IMG/VR virus record: IMGVR_UViG_2872185964_000011
Length of the DNA: 40,519 nucleotides
Strand: one strand, 5' to 3'
Origin: a virus
Lineage: Duplodnaviria > Heunggongvirae > Uroviricota > Caudoviricetes
Part shown: one piece after another, positions 1 through 9,156 of the stretch
Layout of the letters: every line of letters begins with the position of its first letter
Numbering within the stretch: position 1 is the stretch's first letter
Notes under the pieces: generated by a model
What the model was told of the DNA's origin: nothing
Seen by the model: the letters and a program-made list of their open reading frames with translations, nothing else
Databases searched by the model: none
Translations under genes and position numbers: made by a program

Positions 1-270
<270 letters not shown>

Positions 271-579
271 TTACCGTTAAATCATTTTAAAATCAGTAAG
301 TTGTATCGAGTTTGTATGCTTTACTGTCATTAACTTACTGTATGTTGATCCAGTGTATTTAACCTTGATAAACTCAGTCCAGTAACACAAAGCCGCAACA
401 CATTGCATTTTGTCCCGTAGAAAAGACTTGTATGTGTGTGCTTGTTTTCTGCGCCTACGCAGATAAGGATTGAGAATGCCGCGCACTGTAACACATAATC
501 CGGATAGCCCCAATAATGACGATGTTTTAGCCGCATCTGAAAAATGGGACGCCTGTAAACCCCCTATACCAGCGCACAC

Positions 580-1872
580 ATGAAAATCTGTGTTGCTGCC
601 GCCAAAATCATCCTCGCTGCTTCCGGCGTGGCTCGCCGTTCCAAATACGAAAAAGAGAACTATCTCCGTATCGATTTCAGCAAAGCCGGTAAGGTTACAT
701 TTTACGCCGAGTTTCCAAAAAAGATGGGCCTCAAAGGTAAAAAGCTCGGCGAGTGGCCGGAGCTCGCTATCCAGCTGGCGCGCGAAAAAGCACTAGGTAT
801 GGCTGACGGTGGACTGCGGGCAGAGTCCGTACATGCAGCGCTGGAAATGTACCGGGATGACCTCAAAGCCAAAGTAGCCCGGCAGAAGCTGAGCCCGGAT
901 AGTTTCACAACCTACGGGGTGCGTATCGACCGGATTAAAGCAACGTTCGGCGAGCGCGAGGTGTTCAGCGACGTAACATACAGTCGGCTGGTGGAAGTGC
1001 TGGACGAGTGGATCTCCACTCGCTCGAACAATAACGCCCTGGAGTTGTTTGCCGAGCTCCGTCGGTTCTGGAAGTTCTGCGCACCTACTCTTTGCAACGG
1101 CCGCAATGTTGCCGCTAGTCTGCCAGATGATTATGTTTCCTCCCGCGTACAGAAACCTACCCCCACACGGCTTTTTACCGATATTGAATCAATCGCCCGA
1201 CTCTGGCTCAATGTTGCTGCCTGCACCTCTGTACACCAGAAGAATGCTGTTCGCTTCATGATCATCACTGGTGTTCGTCCGATTAATGTCCATAACCTGC
1301 GCTGGGACTACGTTCACGAGGAGACTGGCGAAATTGTTTATCCTGAAGGGGTTATCGGCATGCGAGGGGCTATGAAAACACAAAAGGCTTTCCGCCTGCC
1401 GATAACGCCTGAGATCCGGCGGATTATCGACGAGCAGAAAGCCTGGCGTGATTCAGTTCCTGAGTGCAACAGGGATTATGTATTTTTGCAGCCACGTGAT
1501 CCAATGCAGCCATTTTCAAAACGATCACTGGATAAGCTGGTGAAAACATACAGCCCGGACGGGGCTGTAAAAGGAATAAAACATGATGGGACTGTTAAAG
1601 GGAAAGACGGTGCATTTAATACGATGTGCCGTAAATTCCTTAAGAGCAATGTTATTGCCTTGATGAAGGAAAGAGGCTATTCCCGATCAGACCGAAGGGA
1701 AATCAGCCTCCTTTGCCTTCACCACTCCAGTAAGTCAGATGACCCGATGGCAGAACATTACGACTTTTCTGATGAGATTTTACAGGAAGAGATTGCGTTA
1801 AAGCGCGAAGCTTTCGAGGCTCACGAGCGGAGCATACTTGCGCAGGTGGCATTGCTACGGCGGCGAGGTTAA
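580..1872 (+). CDS. phage integrase, tyrosine recombinase (start uncertain; an in-frame GTG at 628 is an alternative)
   Basis: 430-aa ORF at prophage edge; C-terminal half has recombinase-like TGVRP, a Lys-containing hairpin region (GAMKTQKAFRLPI) and a C-terminal His/Tyr segment (LHHSSKSDDPMAEHYDF); N-terminus resembles arm-binding domain. Confidence 0.8.
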   Translation: MKICVAAAKIILAASGVARRSKYEKENYLRIDFSKAGKVTFYAEFPKKMGLKGKKLGEWPELAIQLAREKALGMADGGLRAESVHAALEMYRDDLKAKVARQKLSPDSFTTYGVRIDRIKATFGEREVFSDVTYSRLVEVLDEWISTRSNNNALELFAELRRFWKFCAPTLCNGRNVAASLPDDYVSSRVQKPTPTRLFTDIESIARLWLNVAACTSVHQKNAVRFMIITGVRPINVHNLRWDYVHEETGEIVYPEGVIGMRGAMKTQKAFRLPITPEIRRIIDEQKAWRDSVPECNRDYVFLQPRDPMQPFSKRSLDKLVKTYSPDGAVKGIKHDGTVKGKDGAFNTMCRKFLKSNVIALMKERGYSRSDRREISLLCLHHSSKSDDPMAEHYDFSDEILQEEIALKREAFEAHERSILAQVALLRRRG

Positions 1873-2069
1873 TACCGGCTGCGACACTTTTGAATAAAAG
1901 CGTCGACATTACGGCGCTCATAACGAACTACTTTTGCACTGAAACGAATTGGTGCCAGGATAGCCCGATGACGATGCTTAATATTCCACTCACATAGCGT
2001 TTTCTGTGTAATACCTAACTTTTGGCATACTTCATCCGGGGTGAGTAAATCGTCGGGTTTCTCGCTCAT
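1869..2069 (-). CDS. small HTH DNA-binding protein, excisionase/AlpA-like candidate
   Basis: 66-aa product MSEKPDDLLTPDEVCQKLGITQKTLCEWN... with HTH-like segment; ATG overlaps helicase stop (ATGA); adjacent and convergent to integrase. Confidence 0.55.
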   Translation of the reverse strand: MSEKPDDLLTPDEVCQKLGITQKTLCEWNIKHRHRAILAPIRFSAKVVRYERRNVDAFIQKCRSRY

Positions 2070-3459
2070 GCTATACCTCTCTTTTTCATGGCATTGAGCA
2101 GGATGTCCTGCACTGTTCGTTTTGAGTTGCGCCGCTCCATCACCATTTCGTCCATAGTGTCGGCGGCGATAATGTGGTGAATGAATACCGGGCGGTTGTG
2201 TCCGGCCTGAATCTGCCGGGTTGGCCCGATGCGTTCGATAATTTGTTGGTACTGCTCCAGATCCCACCAGTGCGAGAAAAACACCAGTATGTTTCCGCCG
2301 TCCTGCATGTTCAGGCCGTGGCCCGCGCTGGCTGGGTGTGCAAAGAGAACAGGAACCTTTCCTGAATTCCAGTCGCGCAGTGTCTGTGGATCCTGGTCGA
2401 GGTGACGACCGCGAGGGAATGCTTTAAGCAAGCGTTCAAGATCGTGTTTCCAGTGATAAGCAACCAGCACAGGTGCGCCAGCTGCTTCGGTCAGTATGCT
2501 GTCCAGCGCTTGTAGTTTGGTGTCATGCAGTTCTGACCAACTTCCGGTGTCGTCTGTGTATACTGCGCCACTGGCGATTTGCAGACATTTCAGTGTCTTT
2601 GCCGCGGCGTTCGGTGCTTCGATGCCTTCGCCATTCAGCTCGAGGAACATTTCCTTTTCCATTTCACGATACTGCTGACGGGCCTTCGGTGGCATATCCA
2701 CGCGGATTACGTTATGGATGGGGTCTTTGATATCGAACCAGTCGGCCGCATCCAGCGAGAGGGTTACATCGGCTAACGCTCGCTGTATTTCACCCTGTGA
2801 GTGAGCAAAAGGCTCCAGTTTGGTCCAGCTCTGCCCGGAAACTGTATCGAGTTGAACCAGCGTGAGGTAAACGCGCCGTAAGTGCGCCCGAGACGTTGCC
2901 CCTGGTCCACAAACCACGATTGTCCCCACAAATCTACCAGGCCGTTCGGTGCTGGCGTACCGGTGAGATTTATCCAGCGCCGGACATACTTATGCGCCAC
3001 TTTGCCCAGCGCCGCCGCGCGCTTACCACCACCGCGCAGCCGGAAGGATTTTAGCCGGGTGCTTTCATCTGGAATGACAGTACCGAACGGCCATCGTTCT
3101 CCCAATTCTTCAATCAGCCAGACAAGGTTATCGTAGTTGATGGTGAACACGCTTGCGTTGCTGTTCGTCAGCGCCATAGAGCGCGCTTTGGCATTACCAA
3201 TAATTGGCTGCACCTCGATATTGCGCAAATGTCCCCACTTCAGTGCTTCATCCGGCCATGTGCTGGCAGCCACGCGCAGCGGCGCGAGGACCAGTGCGGG
3301 GCATGTTTCTGCCCCTGCCATAAAGAGATCTTCCAGCGCAGTGAGCGTTGCCACGGTTTTACCCATTCCCATACCCGCCCAGATGTTGCCGCGCAGAATG
3401 TTAGTTTGGTGATTGATTATGAGGTTTTGATAAATTCTGGGGTGGAATATGCTATTCAT
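2066..3459 (-). CDS. SNF2-family DEAD/DEAH-box helicase, reading frame broken between about 2773 and 2929
   Basis: N-part has Walker A GMGMGKT and DEAH-box-like IPDEST; C-part continues in the -1 frame (LDTVSGQSWTKLEPF...); the two ORFs overlap by 157 nt. Confidence 0.75.
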
Positions 3460-3488
3460 TAATATACCTATGGTAGAATATGGTCACT

Positions 3489-3508
3489 TCTCTCTCTCTA
3501 TATATATA
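3489..3508 (+). repeat. dinucleotide repeat tract (TC)5(TA)5 just upstream of the RBS of the 3525 gene
   Basis: tctctctctc tatatatata read directly; GGAGG RBS at 3515-3519, ATG at 3525. Confidence 0.8.
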
Positions 3509-3524
3509 ACTAACGGAGGCGGGT

Positions 3525-4322
3525 ATGCCCCTGGCGAAAATATTTACAAAGCAAGTTTCTTTATTAACTATGTTTTCAGCGTTAGCTTATGCGATGGCAT
3601 ATTCTTTTCAGAAAGGTGTTGCATCGTATTATGGCTATCCAGACCTTTTTATTAAAATAGACTTAAATACGCTATTGTATTCGGCTGTGTGGCTTTTGTT
3701 TTTTAGTTTTTTATTTCTCGGCGCCTTATATGCGGCGTTGATGTTTGATTTGAAAGGGAAATATTATGTTCCATTTATTGTATTTATAGTTGTTATGCTA
3801 ATGGCTAATATTTGTATAATAGGATTTCATTGGCCTTTTGGTTATTTCTCCGAAACTTCTGTGATGAGTGTTCAGGATATTTTATTATTTGCTATGCTTT
3901 TGTTGAATTATCACAATGTGGTGTCCATGCCAATCCATAGTAAGAGACACGAACATCATATGGAGAGCATTAGAAAATTTGGGAGGCTTGCAGAGTATAA
4001 GAACGTATTTTATTATATCGATTTAAAAATCCTAAAGTCAGCTTTTCCTTTAGGGGTGATAACGTTGTTGATATTGAGCTATACATTCGGGAAGGTTACT
4101 GCATTTAAAAATAACGAATATTATATGGTAGATGGTAGTAATACTAAAGTGTTGCTCAATTCATTTGGTAGTGGTTTTGTTGTTGGTGATTGTGAGTCAA
4201 ATAGCGCAAAATTTGAATTTGTTAATGATTTAAAAGGGATGAGATTCACAATCATGTCCTCTAAAAAGGAAATAGCTAAATTAAAAGAGTGTTTCGAAAT
4301 ACGTGTTAAAAATACGGATTAA
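3525..4322 (+). CDS. hypothetical multi-pass membrane protein; AT-rich accessory gene antisense to the replication operon
   Basis: 265-aa ORF with strong RBS; about four hydrophobic helices in the N-terminal half, soluble C-terminal ~90 aa; visibly AT-rich compared with flanks; no family recognised. Confidence 0.6.
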   Translation: MPLAKIFTKQVSLLTMFSALAYAMAYSFQKGVASYYGYPDLFIKIDLNTLLYSAVWLLFFSFLFLGALYAALMFDLKGKYYVPFIVFIVVMLMANICIIGFHWPFGYFSETSVMSVQDILLFAMLLLNYHNVVSMPIHSKRHEHHMESIRKFGRLAEYKNVFYYIDLKILKSAFPLGVITLLILSYTFGKVTAFKNNEYYMVDGSNTKVLLNSFGSGFVVGDCESNSAKFEFVNDLKGMRFTIMSSKKEIAKLKECFEIRVKNTD

Positions 4323-4334
4323 AGCATAAGTCTT

Positions 4335-4547
4335 TTATCCTTTATTGCGGCTTAAAATAATGGCCTCCAGATTTTTGCTATCCAGCACCACTACGGTAAA
4401 GCCCAGCGCGCGCAACCGTCCGTGTTCGCGCAACTGGTCAGGCCGTGGTGGCTTGCCGGGGGATACGAACTTAAAGGCAACCCCGCCAGCCTTTTTTACT
4501 TCAGCGACGAGGTGCTTTTCGATTAGGTTTTCACGTTCATAGGCCAT
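4335..4547 (-). CDS. VRR-NUC domain protein, C-terminal part only in frame
   Basis: 70-aa ORF; segment AFKFVSPGKPPRPDQLREHGRLRALGFTVVVLDSKNLEAI resembles the C-terminal half of VRR-NUC nucleases; expected N-terminal PD motif region is not in this frame. Confidence 0.5.
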   Translation of the reverse strand: MAYERENLIEKHLVAEVKKAGGVAFKFVSPGKPPRPDQLREHGRLRALGFTVVVLDSKNLEAIILSRNKG

Positions 4548-4740
4548 TAGCTTTCGCCTTCCTGCTTTTTGCGTTTCTTCATGCAGATAGCGCAGTTCTC
4601 AGGATGGTCATGCCATTCATCAATCCTGATACCTATGAACATCCATTTTCCGCATAGTGATATGGCTTCCCCGAATTAAAGAAATGTGCTTTTTTTGACA
4701 GAGCGGGGAACCCCCAACCCTTATTATCGATATTAGACAT
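4547..4740 (-). CDS. small ORF with strong Shine-Dalgarno, frame-interrupted; either the 5' part of the VRR-NUC gene or a separate small Cys/His protein
   Basis: AAGGAGGTG then ATG at 4740; 35 codons to a TAG, then the -1 frame continues (...IDEWHDHPENCAICMKKRKKQEGES) to a TAA overlapping the VRR-NUC ATG. Confidence 0.25.
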
Positions 4741-4867
4741 CGTCCACCTCCTTACGCTTTTCGCGCATGTTCTGCATCAGACAAAAATCAAACCGACGTT
4801 CGCTTTGGCCCAGACCTGCATCGCCCGGTCGTACCCGCCGGACTGTTCAAGGTGCAAAGCCTCCCGC

Positions 4868-4892
4868 ACAGTCCGGTAATAAAGCGGACTGT
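4868..4892. promoter_or_regulatory. perfect 8-bp inverted repeat ACAGTCCG-9 nt-CGGACTGT in the intergenic region downstream of the TIR-like gene
   Basis: read directly; no adjoining T-tract, so more likely a protein-binding site or RNA structure than a terminator. Confidence 0.3.
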
Positions 4893-4927
4893 CCCGGTAT
4901 TTAAATGACATAGGGTTTTTATTCCCA

Positions 4928-4951
4928 AATAAAAAACCCCGCGATGCAGGG
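4928..4951 (-). terminator. rho-independent terminator candidate following the TIR-like gene
   Basis: on the minus strand CCCUGC-AUC-GCGGGG hairpin (one G-U pair) followed by UUUUUUAUUU. Confidence 0.5.
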
Positions 4952-4974
4952 TTGTAATCAACAATAAGGGGTAA

Positions 4975-5736
4975 TTACGAGGAAGCGTTAGCTATTTGAG
5001 CTTGTGTAAATTCGAAACCAGAATTTTGTAACCGTTGCACTAGACGAGGAACTGTTTCACGTACATGGTCGTTGAAATTCAGATACAAAATCCCGTTAGC
5101 ATCAGAAGGCTGTTCTAGGTGCTGTTTCTGAAGGATTGCTACATTGCTGCGCCCTAAGGACGAAAGAAGCATACCCATCTCGAGTACAACGTTCTGTCTT
5201 GCGCGGGGTTGGATTTCTGCTTCACCGGCGCGCTTTGAGTATCCCATATCATCAGGTGTCAAAAGAACAATCCCGAAACGGGTAGCAGTTTGTCCTTGCC
5301 CAATTTCACGTTCAAGCTCTTCAATAATGGTGAGTCCAGTCCCTCCCGTATTCTGCAAAATGAAATGGTCTGGTAATCCAAGTTTATGAAGGATTAGCTC
5401 AAGTTGCTCCTTTGCAGTATGGTCATGGCCGTGAACAATGAATATCTTTTTGGGGAGCTCAGATGGCTGTTCTACGGCTAGTGGTGTTGCCGTGGGCGGC
5501 GTTCCTAAATGGGTCATTATTGCAGTTTCAACATTGGGACGTTCTTGAGGGTTACCTTGAAACTGAATGGTCCGGGTGGTGTAAAGGTTAACAATTACGC
5601 CATTCGTTAAACGATAGCAGTCACAAGTCTCACGCTGTTCGTGGGAAAAATTGGTGAACCCACACTCCCTCAAAAAGTCAGGAAAAGTTTCTCTCGGGTA
5701 TGGATAGGTGATCGGCATTTCAGTTAGTTCCTGCAT
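4975..5736 (-). CDS. TIR-like domain protein: C-terminal TIR-like (predicted nucleotide-binding, NADase-type) domain fused to an N-terminal ~95-aa domain of unknown function
   Basis: C-terminal half KKIFIVHGHDH...GIVLLTPDDMGY...RARQNVVLEMGMLLSSLGRSNVAILQK...PSDANGILYL matches from memory the bacterial TIR-like family consensus including the conserved Glu; own RBS and downstream terminator. Confidence 0.6.
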   Translation of the reverse strand: MQELTEMPITYPYPRETFPDFLRECGFTNFSHEQRETCDCYRLTNGVIVNLYTTRTIQFQGNPQERPNVETAIMTHLGTPPTATPLAVEQPSELPKKIFIVHGHDHTAKEQLELILHKLGLPDHFILQNTGGTGLTIIEELEREIGQGQTATRFGIVLLTPDDMGYSKRAGEAEIQPRARQNVVLEMGMLLSSLGRSNVAILQKQHLEQPSDANGILYLNFNDHVRETVPRLVQRLQNSGFEFTQAQIANASS

Positions 5737-5800
5737 AAGTATTGTTCCTTTAATTTACTCGAATTCAGCATGTCGCCATAGCTCGATAAGGTGAGTTATA

Positions 5801-7864
5801 TCAATCTTTTTTGTAGTGGTACGCCTCAAAACCGCCAGCGTTCAGTGGGATATCGGGCGCCCATTCGGGGTCAGTGGAGAGAAGCGCGGAAAGCGCTTTA
5901 TCGTTGAAATCTTCTGTGTCAGGTGCTTCGGTGATCACCTCGTCGTGTACCGTCAGCACAATGCTGTAACCGGCATCTTCGATAAGCGGCATGTTTCCGG
6001 CCAGAATGTCGCGGGCGGCCGCCTGGGTGATGTTCTCCACCAGCTTTCCGCCGTAGGTTTTGAGTCGTTGCCATTTACGCGAATAAGAGTTAACCCCCAT
6101 GTAGGTGATATTCCCTTTTTCGATAACCGGAGACGGGTAGCATACAGCGCGTCCGGATGGTAGCTGTATGCGCAGCCACGCGCCATCGCGGCGGATTTTA
6201 AGATAACCGCAATACAATGTTTTTTGCGGTGTGGCGATTGCAGTGCGGACGGTGCGCTCCAGTTCGTACCAGAAATCACAGGTCGCGGGATGCGCCCGGC
6301 GCCAGAGACGTTTAAGTGAGTCGCAGGCGATAAATACCCGTTCAGAAAGCCCGTAGGTTGACTTGCGTTTAACCGATTCGTCGTACCAGCTTTTCGCCTC
6401 GCGGATAACATCGCGGGGAATGTTTGGTAGTGCGGCGTTCGCCAGCTCGTCGAGATCGAGACCGTAAACCAGTGCAAAAGTGATGAAGGCCGACACACCA
6501 CCACCATAACCCAGACCGAGTTCCATGACTTTACCGATCTGACGCATGTGTTTATCAACATCATCTGGTGCAATATCGAAAGCTTTTGCATACGCCAGTT
6601 TATATAAGTCCGGACCCGTTCCGGCGTCGTACTCTCTGAATGCATTCAGTTTCCATTCTTCTCCCGCCAGCCATGCCAGCATACGGCCTTCAATGTTCGA
6701 CAAGTCACTTACCACCAGCTTTTTGCCTGTTGGCGCGATAATGCAGCCACGTAACGCTGAACTGGTTAGTTCCATGATATTGTCAAACAGCAGGTCTGCA
6801 CATCCGGCTTTCAGTGCTTCGATGCCTTCGTCTATTTGTTCCTGTTTTAGTGAAGGGCGGGGAAGGTTCTGGGGCTGGAATAGCCGTCCGGCCCAACGAC
6901 CGGTACGTGACGCCCCGCAGAACTGTAGCGTACCGCGTAAGCGCCCGTCGTGGCTTACGCCTTTCATCAGTGCCTTGTATTTACTGGTGCTGGTAGTACT
7001 GGCCTGCAGGCGGATAGCCAGCAGTTCTTTCACGGCAGATGGTAAATCGGGGTCGGCAATACGACGTTCCAGAGTACTGCGTTGCATGTCTGGTAGCTCC
7101 ACACCGTAGGATTCAACAATGTGCTTAATCAACGCGTCTCGTTGTGTGGCTGCCTGCACTTCGCCATCAGTCATTTCCTGTGTACGCTTTGCCAGGCGCT
7201 TTTGTTCCTGGTCTACCGCGTCGATCGCAGCGCGTGCGAGTTCCACGTCCATGCAGACGCCCCGGTCATTGATCTGCTGATCACGATGCCAGAGCGCCAG
7301 TTCTGTCCCCTGATAATTCCACTTCGGCAGACGTTTATAGACTTCGCGCATTGCCTCGATATCCAGTCCGGCGTAAGCAACAAAGCGCCGCCATTCTTCC
7401 GGGTGGGTTTTGCTGGTGGCCCGGCGCAGTTTGCTGTTTTTCGGGCGTGGCTTACAGAACAGCTGGATCAGCGCTTTACCTTCTTTGTCCTTCGCTTTGT
7501 CTTGCGGGACGCCTAGTACTTCGCAGAGTTCCCCCAGAGACCCCGGGAGACCGTGCGCCAGCGCCTGCACCATTGTGTCGCGCCAACGTTCGACTGGCGG
7601 TGCCAGGCGCGGCATTGCATAACGCAGAACGGTGCGGTCGAAGTGAGAGTTATGGAAATAAAGCTGGGTTTCAGGGTCTGCGATTGCTTCGTATAAGCCG
7701 TGTGGAATACCACCACCGGCAGTGATATCCCACACGTTTACTGGCCCGTCGTTGATAGCCCATGCGAAAAGCATCACTTCAACGCCTTCGGCATACGCAT
7801 GGGTACCGTTCGTAATAGGGATTTCGCAATAGGTTTCCAGGTCGCCCCATAGTATATTGGACAT
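5801..7864 (-). CDS. family A DNA polymerase with N-terminal 3'-5' exonuclease domain
   Basis: 687 aa; exo motif [11 protein letters not shown]; polymerase motif [16 protein letters not shown], motif [17 protein letters not shown], motif C VHDEVI. Confidence 0.85.
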   Translation of the reverse strand: MSNILWGDLETYCEIPITNGTHAYAEGVEVMLFAWAINDGPVNVWDITAGGGIPHGLYEAIADPETQLYFHNSHFDRTVLRYAMPRLAPPVERWRDTMVQALAHGLPGSLGELCEVLGVPQDKAKDKEGKALIQLFCKPRPKNSKLRRATSKTHPEEWRRFVAYAGLDIEAMREVYKRLPKWNYQGTELALWHRDQQINDRGVCMDVELARAAIDAVDQEQKRLAKRTQEMTDGEVQAATQRDALIKHIVESYGVELPDMQRSTLERRIADPDLPSAVKELLAIRLQASTTSTSKYKALMKGVSHDGRLRGTLQFCGASRTGRWAGRLFQPQNLPRPSLKQEQIDEGIEALKAGCADLLFDNIMELTSSALRGCIIAPTGKKLVVSDLSNIEGRMLAWLAGEEWKLNAFREYDAGTGPDLYKLAYAKAFDIAPDDVDKHMRQIGKVMELGLGYGGGVSAFITFALVYGLDLDELANAALPNIPRDVIREAKSWYDESVKRKSTYGLSERVFIACDSLKRLWRRAHPATCDFWYELERTVRTAIATPQKTLYCGYLKIRRDGAWLRIQLPSGRAVCYPSPVIEKGNITYMGVNSYSRKWQRLKTYGGKLVENITQAAARDILAGNMPLIEDAGYSIVLTVHDEVITEAPDTEDFNDKALSALLSTDPEWAPDIPLNAGGFEAYHYKKD

Positions 7865-7910
7865 GTGTTTACCTTGGTTTTTATTCTATTAACTGATTAA
7901 AAGTTTAATT

Positions 7911-8540
7911 ATGCATATGATCCAATACTTGATTGACCATACAGAGCATCTGGAGAAAATAGCTGGATATATTTTTTCATGTTTGATTGTTATGGGAGTC
8001 TGGATAAGAAAGATCATTTTTAATTATAAGTATAAAGAGCCTAAATATGTCAAGAAGTTAATTTTATATTTAGTTAAGTATGAACGTTATCTGGATGAGG
8101 AGGATAAGAGTGCCATAGAAAAAAGAATAAATGATAAAATTATTCGTGATGCGCTGAAATTGCAATCCTCTTATAACCGAAGAGATGTTATTTACATTTG
8201 CAATAGATTAGAAAAAAGACAGTATATAAATCAGTTGATTAAGCTTCAGAATTATATAGAGAAAGATAACGGAGTGTTTTTTATTAATGTTGATTTTTCA
8301 GGTTTTTTATTTATTATTAGTCGTCTGTTTTCCTTTCTGTGTTTTGTGCTGTTTACCCTTTTTTCTATTATCTGCATTATTTCCATAGGGCAAAATGAAG
8401 GCCTTTTAAATTATCTTGTGTATATGGTTATGATAATAGTTTTAGAGACTGTTGGTTTTTGGATGTATGATACTTTCCCGTCTAAGAAAAAGATCTGTGA
8501 ACTAAATAAAGAATTGAGAAAGATTAAGATTCCTGAGTGA
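7911..8540 (+). CDS. hypothetical membrane protein; second AT-rich accessory gene antisense to the replication operon
   Basis: 209-aa ORF; one N-terminal and two C-terminal hydrophobic helices flanking a charged Lys/Glu-rich middle; very AT-rich; no family recognised. Confidence 0.55.
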   Translation: MHMIQYLIDHTEHLEKIAGYIFSCLIVMGVWIRKIIFNYKYKEPKYVKKLILYLVKYERYLDEEDKSAIEKRINDKIIRDALKLQSSYNRRDVIYICNRLEKRQYINQLIKLQNYIEKDNGVFFINVDFSGFLFIISRLFSFLCFVLFTLFSIICIISIGQNEGLLNYLVYMVMIIVLETVGFWMYDTFPSKKKICELNKELRKIKIPE

Positions 8541-8558
8541 TTATACGCCTAATCAGTA

Positions 8559-8577
8559 GCCCGGTGTTTAACCGGGC
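8559..8577. terminator. GC stem-loop between convergent genes (GCCCGG-tgtttaa-CCGGGC)
   Basis: perfect 6-bp inverted repeat read directly; no clear T-tract. Confidence 0.3.
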
Positions 8578-8592
8578 GTCTATGAAGTAGGG

Positions 8593-9141
8593 TTAAATTA
8601 GTGCTTCAGCATCAGCACCTTCGCTGATATCGTCGAAATCGTCAGCGCTTGCCACTCCGCCGCCAGCGAATGCATCGCCGTCTCGCAGGAACTGGACTCC
8701 GCCGAGTGAGGCATTAATGCGTTTACCGAAATTATTGTCCTGTGCCCAGATATCGATAACGGCGTTTACATAGCACCCTGCATAGGGACGTCCGTCAGCC
8801 TGAATAAGTGGCGAACGATCGCGATCAAGAACAGCTGGGCGCGCTTTGTTAGCAGCATTCAGGAAGAAATTACCGGGGAAGCCTTCATACTCTGCTTTTT
8901 CATCACCATCATGCAGGCACAGATTGAGTTTTTTCTCCAGCTGGTTATAAATGGGCTCCCACTTCTCTCCCCATTTTTCCTTCGCTACCTGCTTCATAGC
9001 TTTACGGATTTCTTCCAGTTGTGGGTGTTTGGGAGACATTAAAAATACTGCGGAGAAACGCGGATCGCCTTCGCCGTTTACAGTTTTAGCTTCAAACAGA
9101 GACGGGAAGGCCAGACGAACATTGTTCAGCTTCAGTTTCAT
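8593..9141 (-). CDS. phage ssDNA-binding-like protein (DUF2815-type, from memory)
   Basis: 182 aa starting MKLKLNNVRLAFPSLFE, acidic C-terminal tail (DDFDDISEGADAEALI) typical of SSB-like proteins; position between nuclease and polymerase. Confidence 0.55.
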   Translation of the reverse strand: MKLKLNNVRLAFPSLFEAKTVNGEGDPRFSAVFLMSPKHPQLEEIRKAMKQVAKEKWGEKWEPIYNQLEKKLNLCLHDGDEKAEYEGFPGNFFLNAANKARPAVLDRDRSPLIQADGRPYAGCYVNAVIDIWAQDNNFGKRINASLGGVQFLRDGDAFAGGGVASADDFDDISEGADAEALI

Positions 9142-9156
9142 GGGGATTTCCTTAAA

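Noticed and set aside
4547-4974. Sigma70 promoter restarting transcription of VRR-NUC and helicase downstream of the TIR-gene terminator
   Set aside because: Only weak hexamer matches (TTGAAC, TTGATT) without a convincing -10 element were found.
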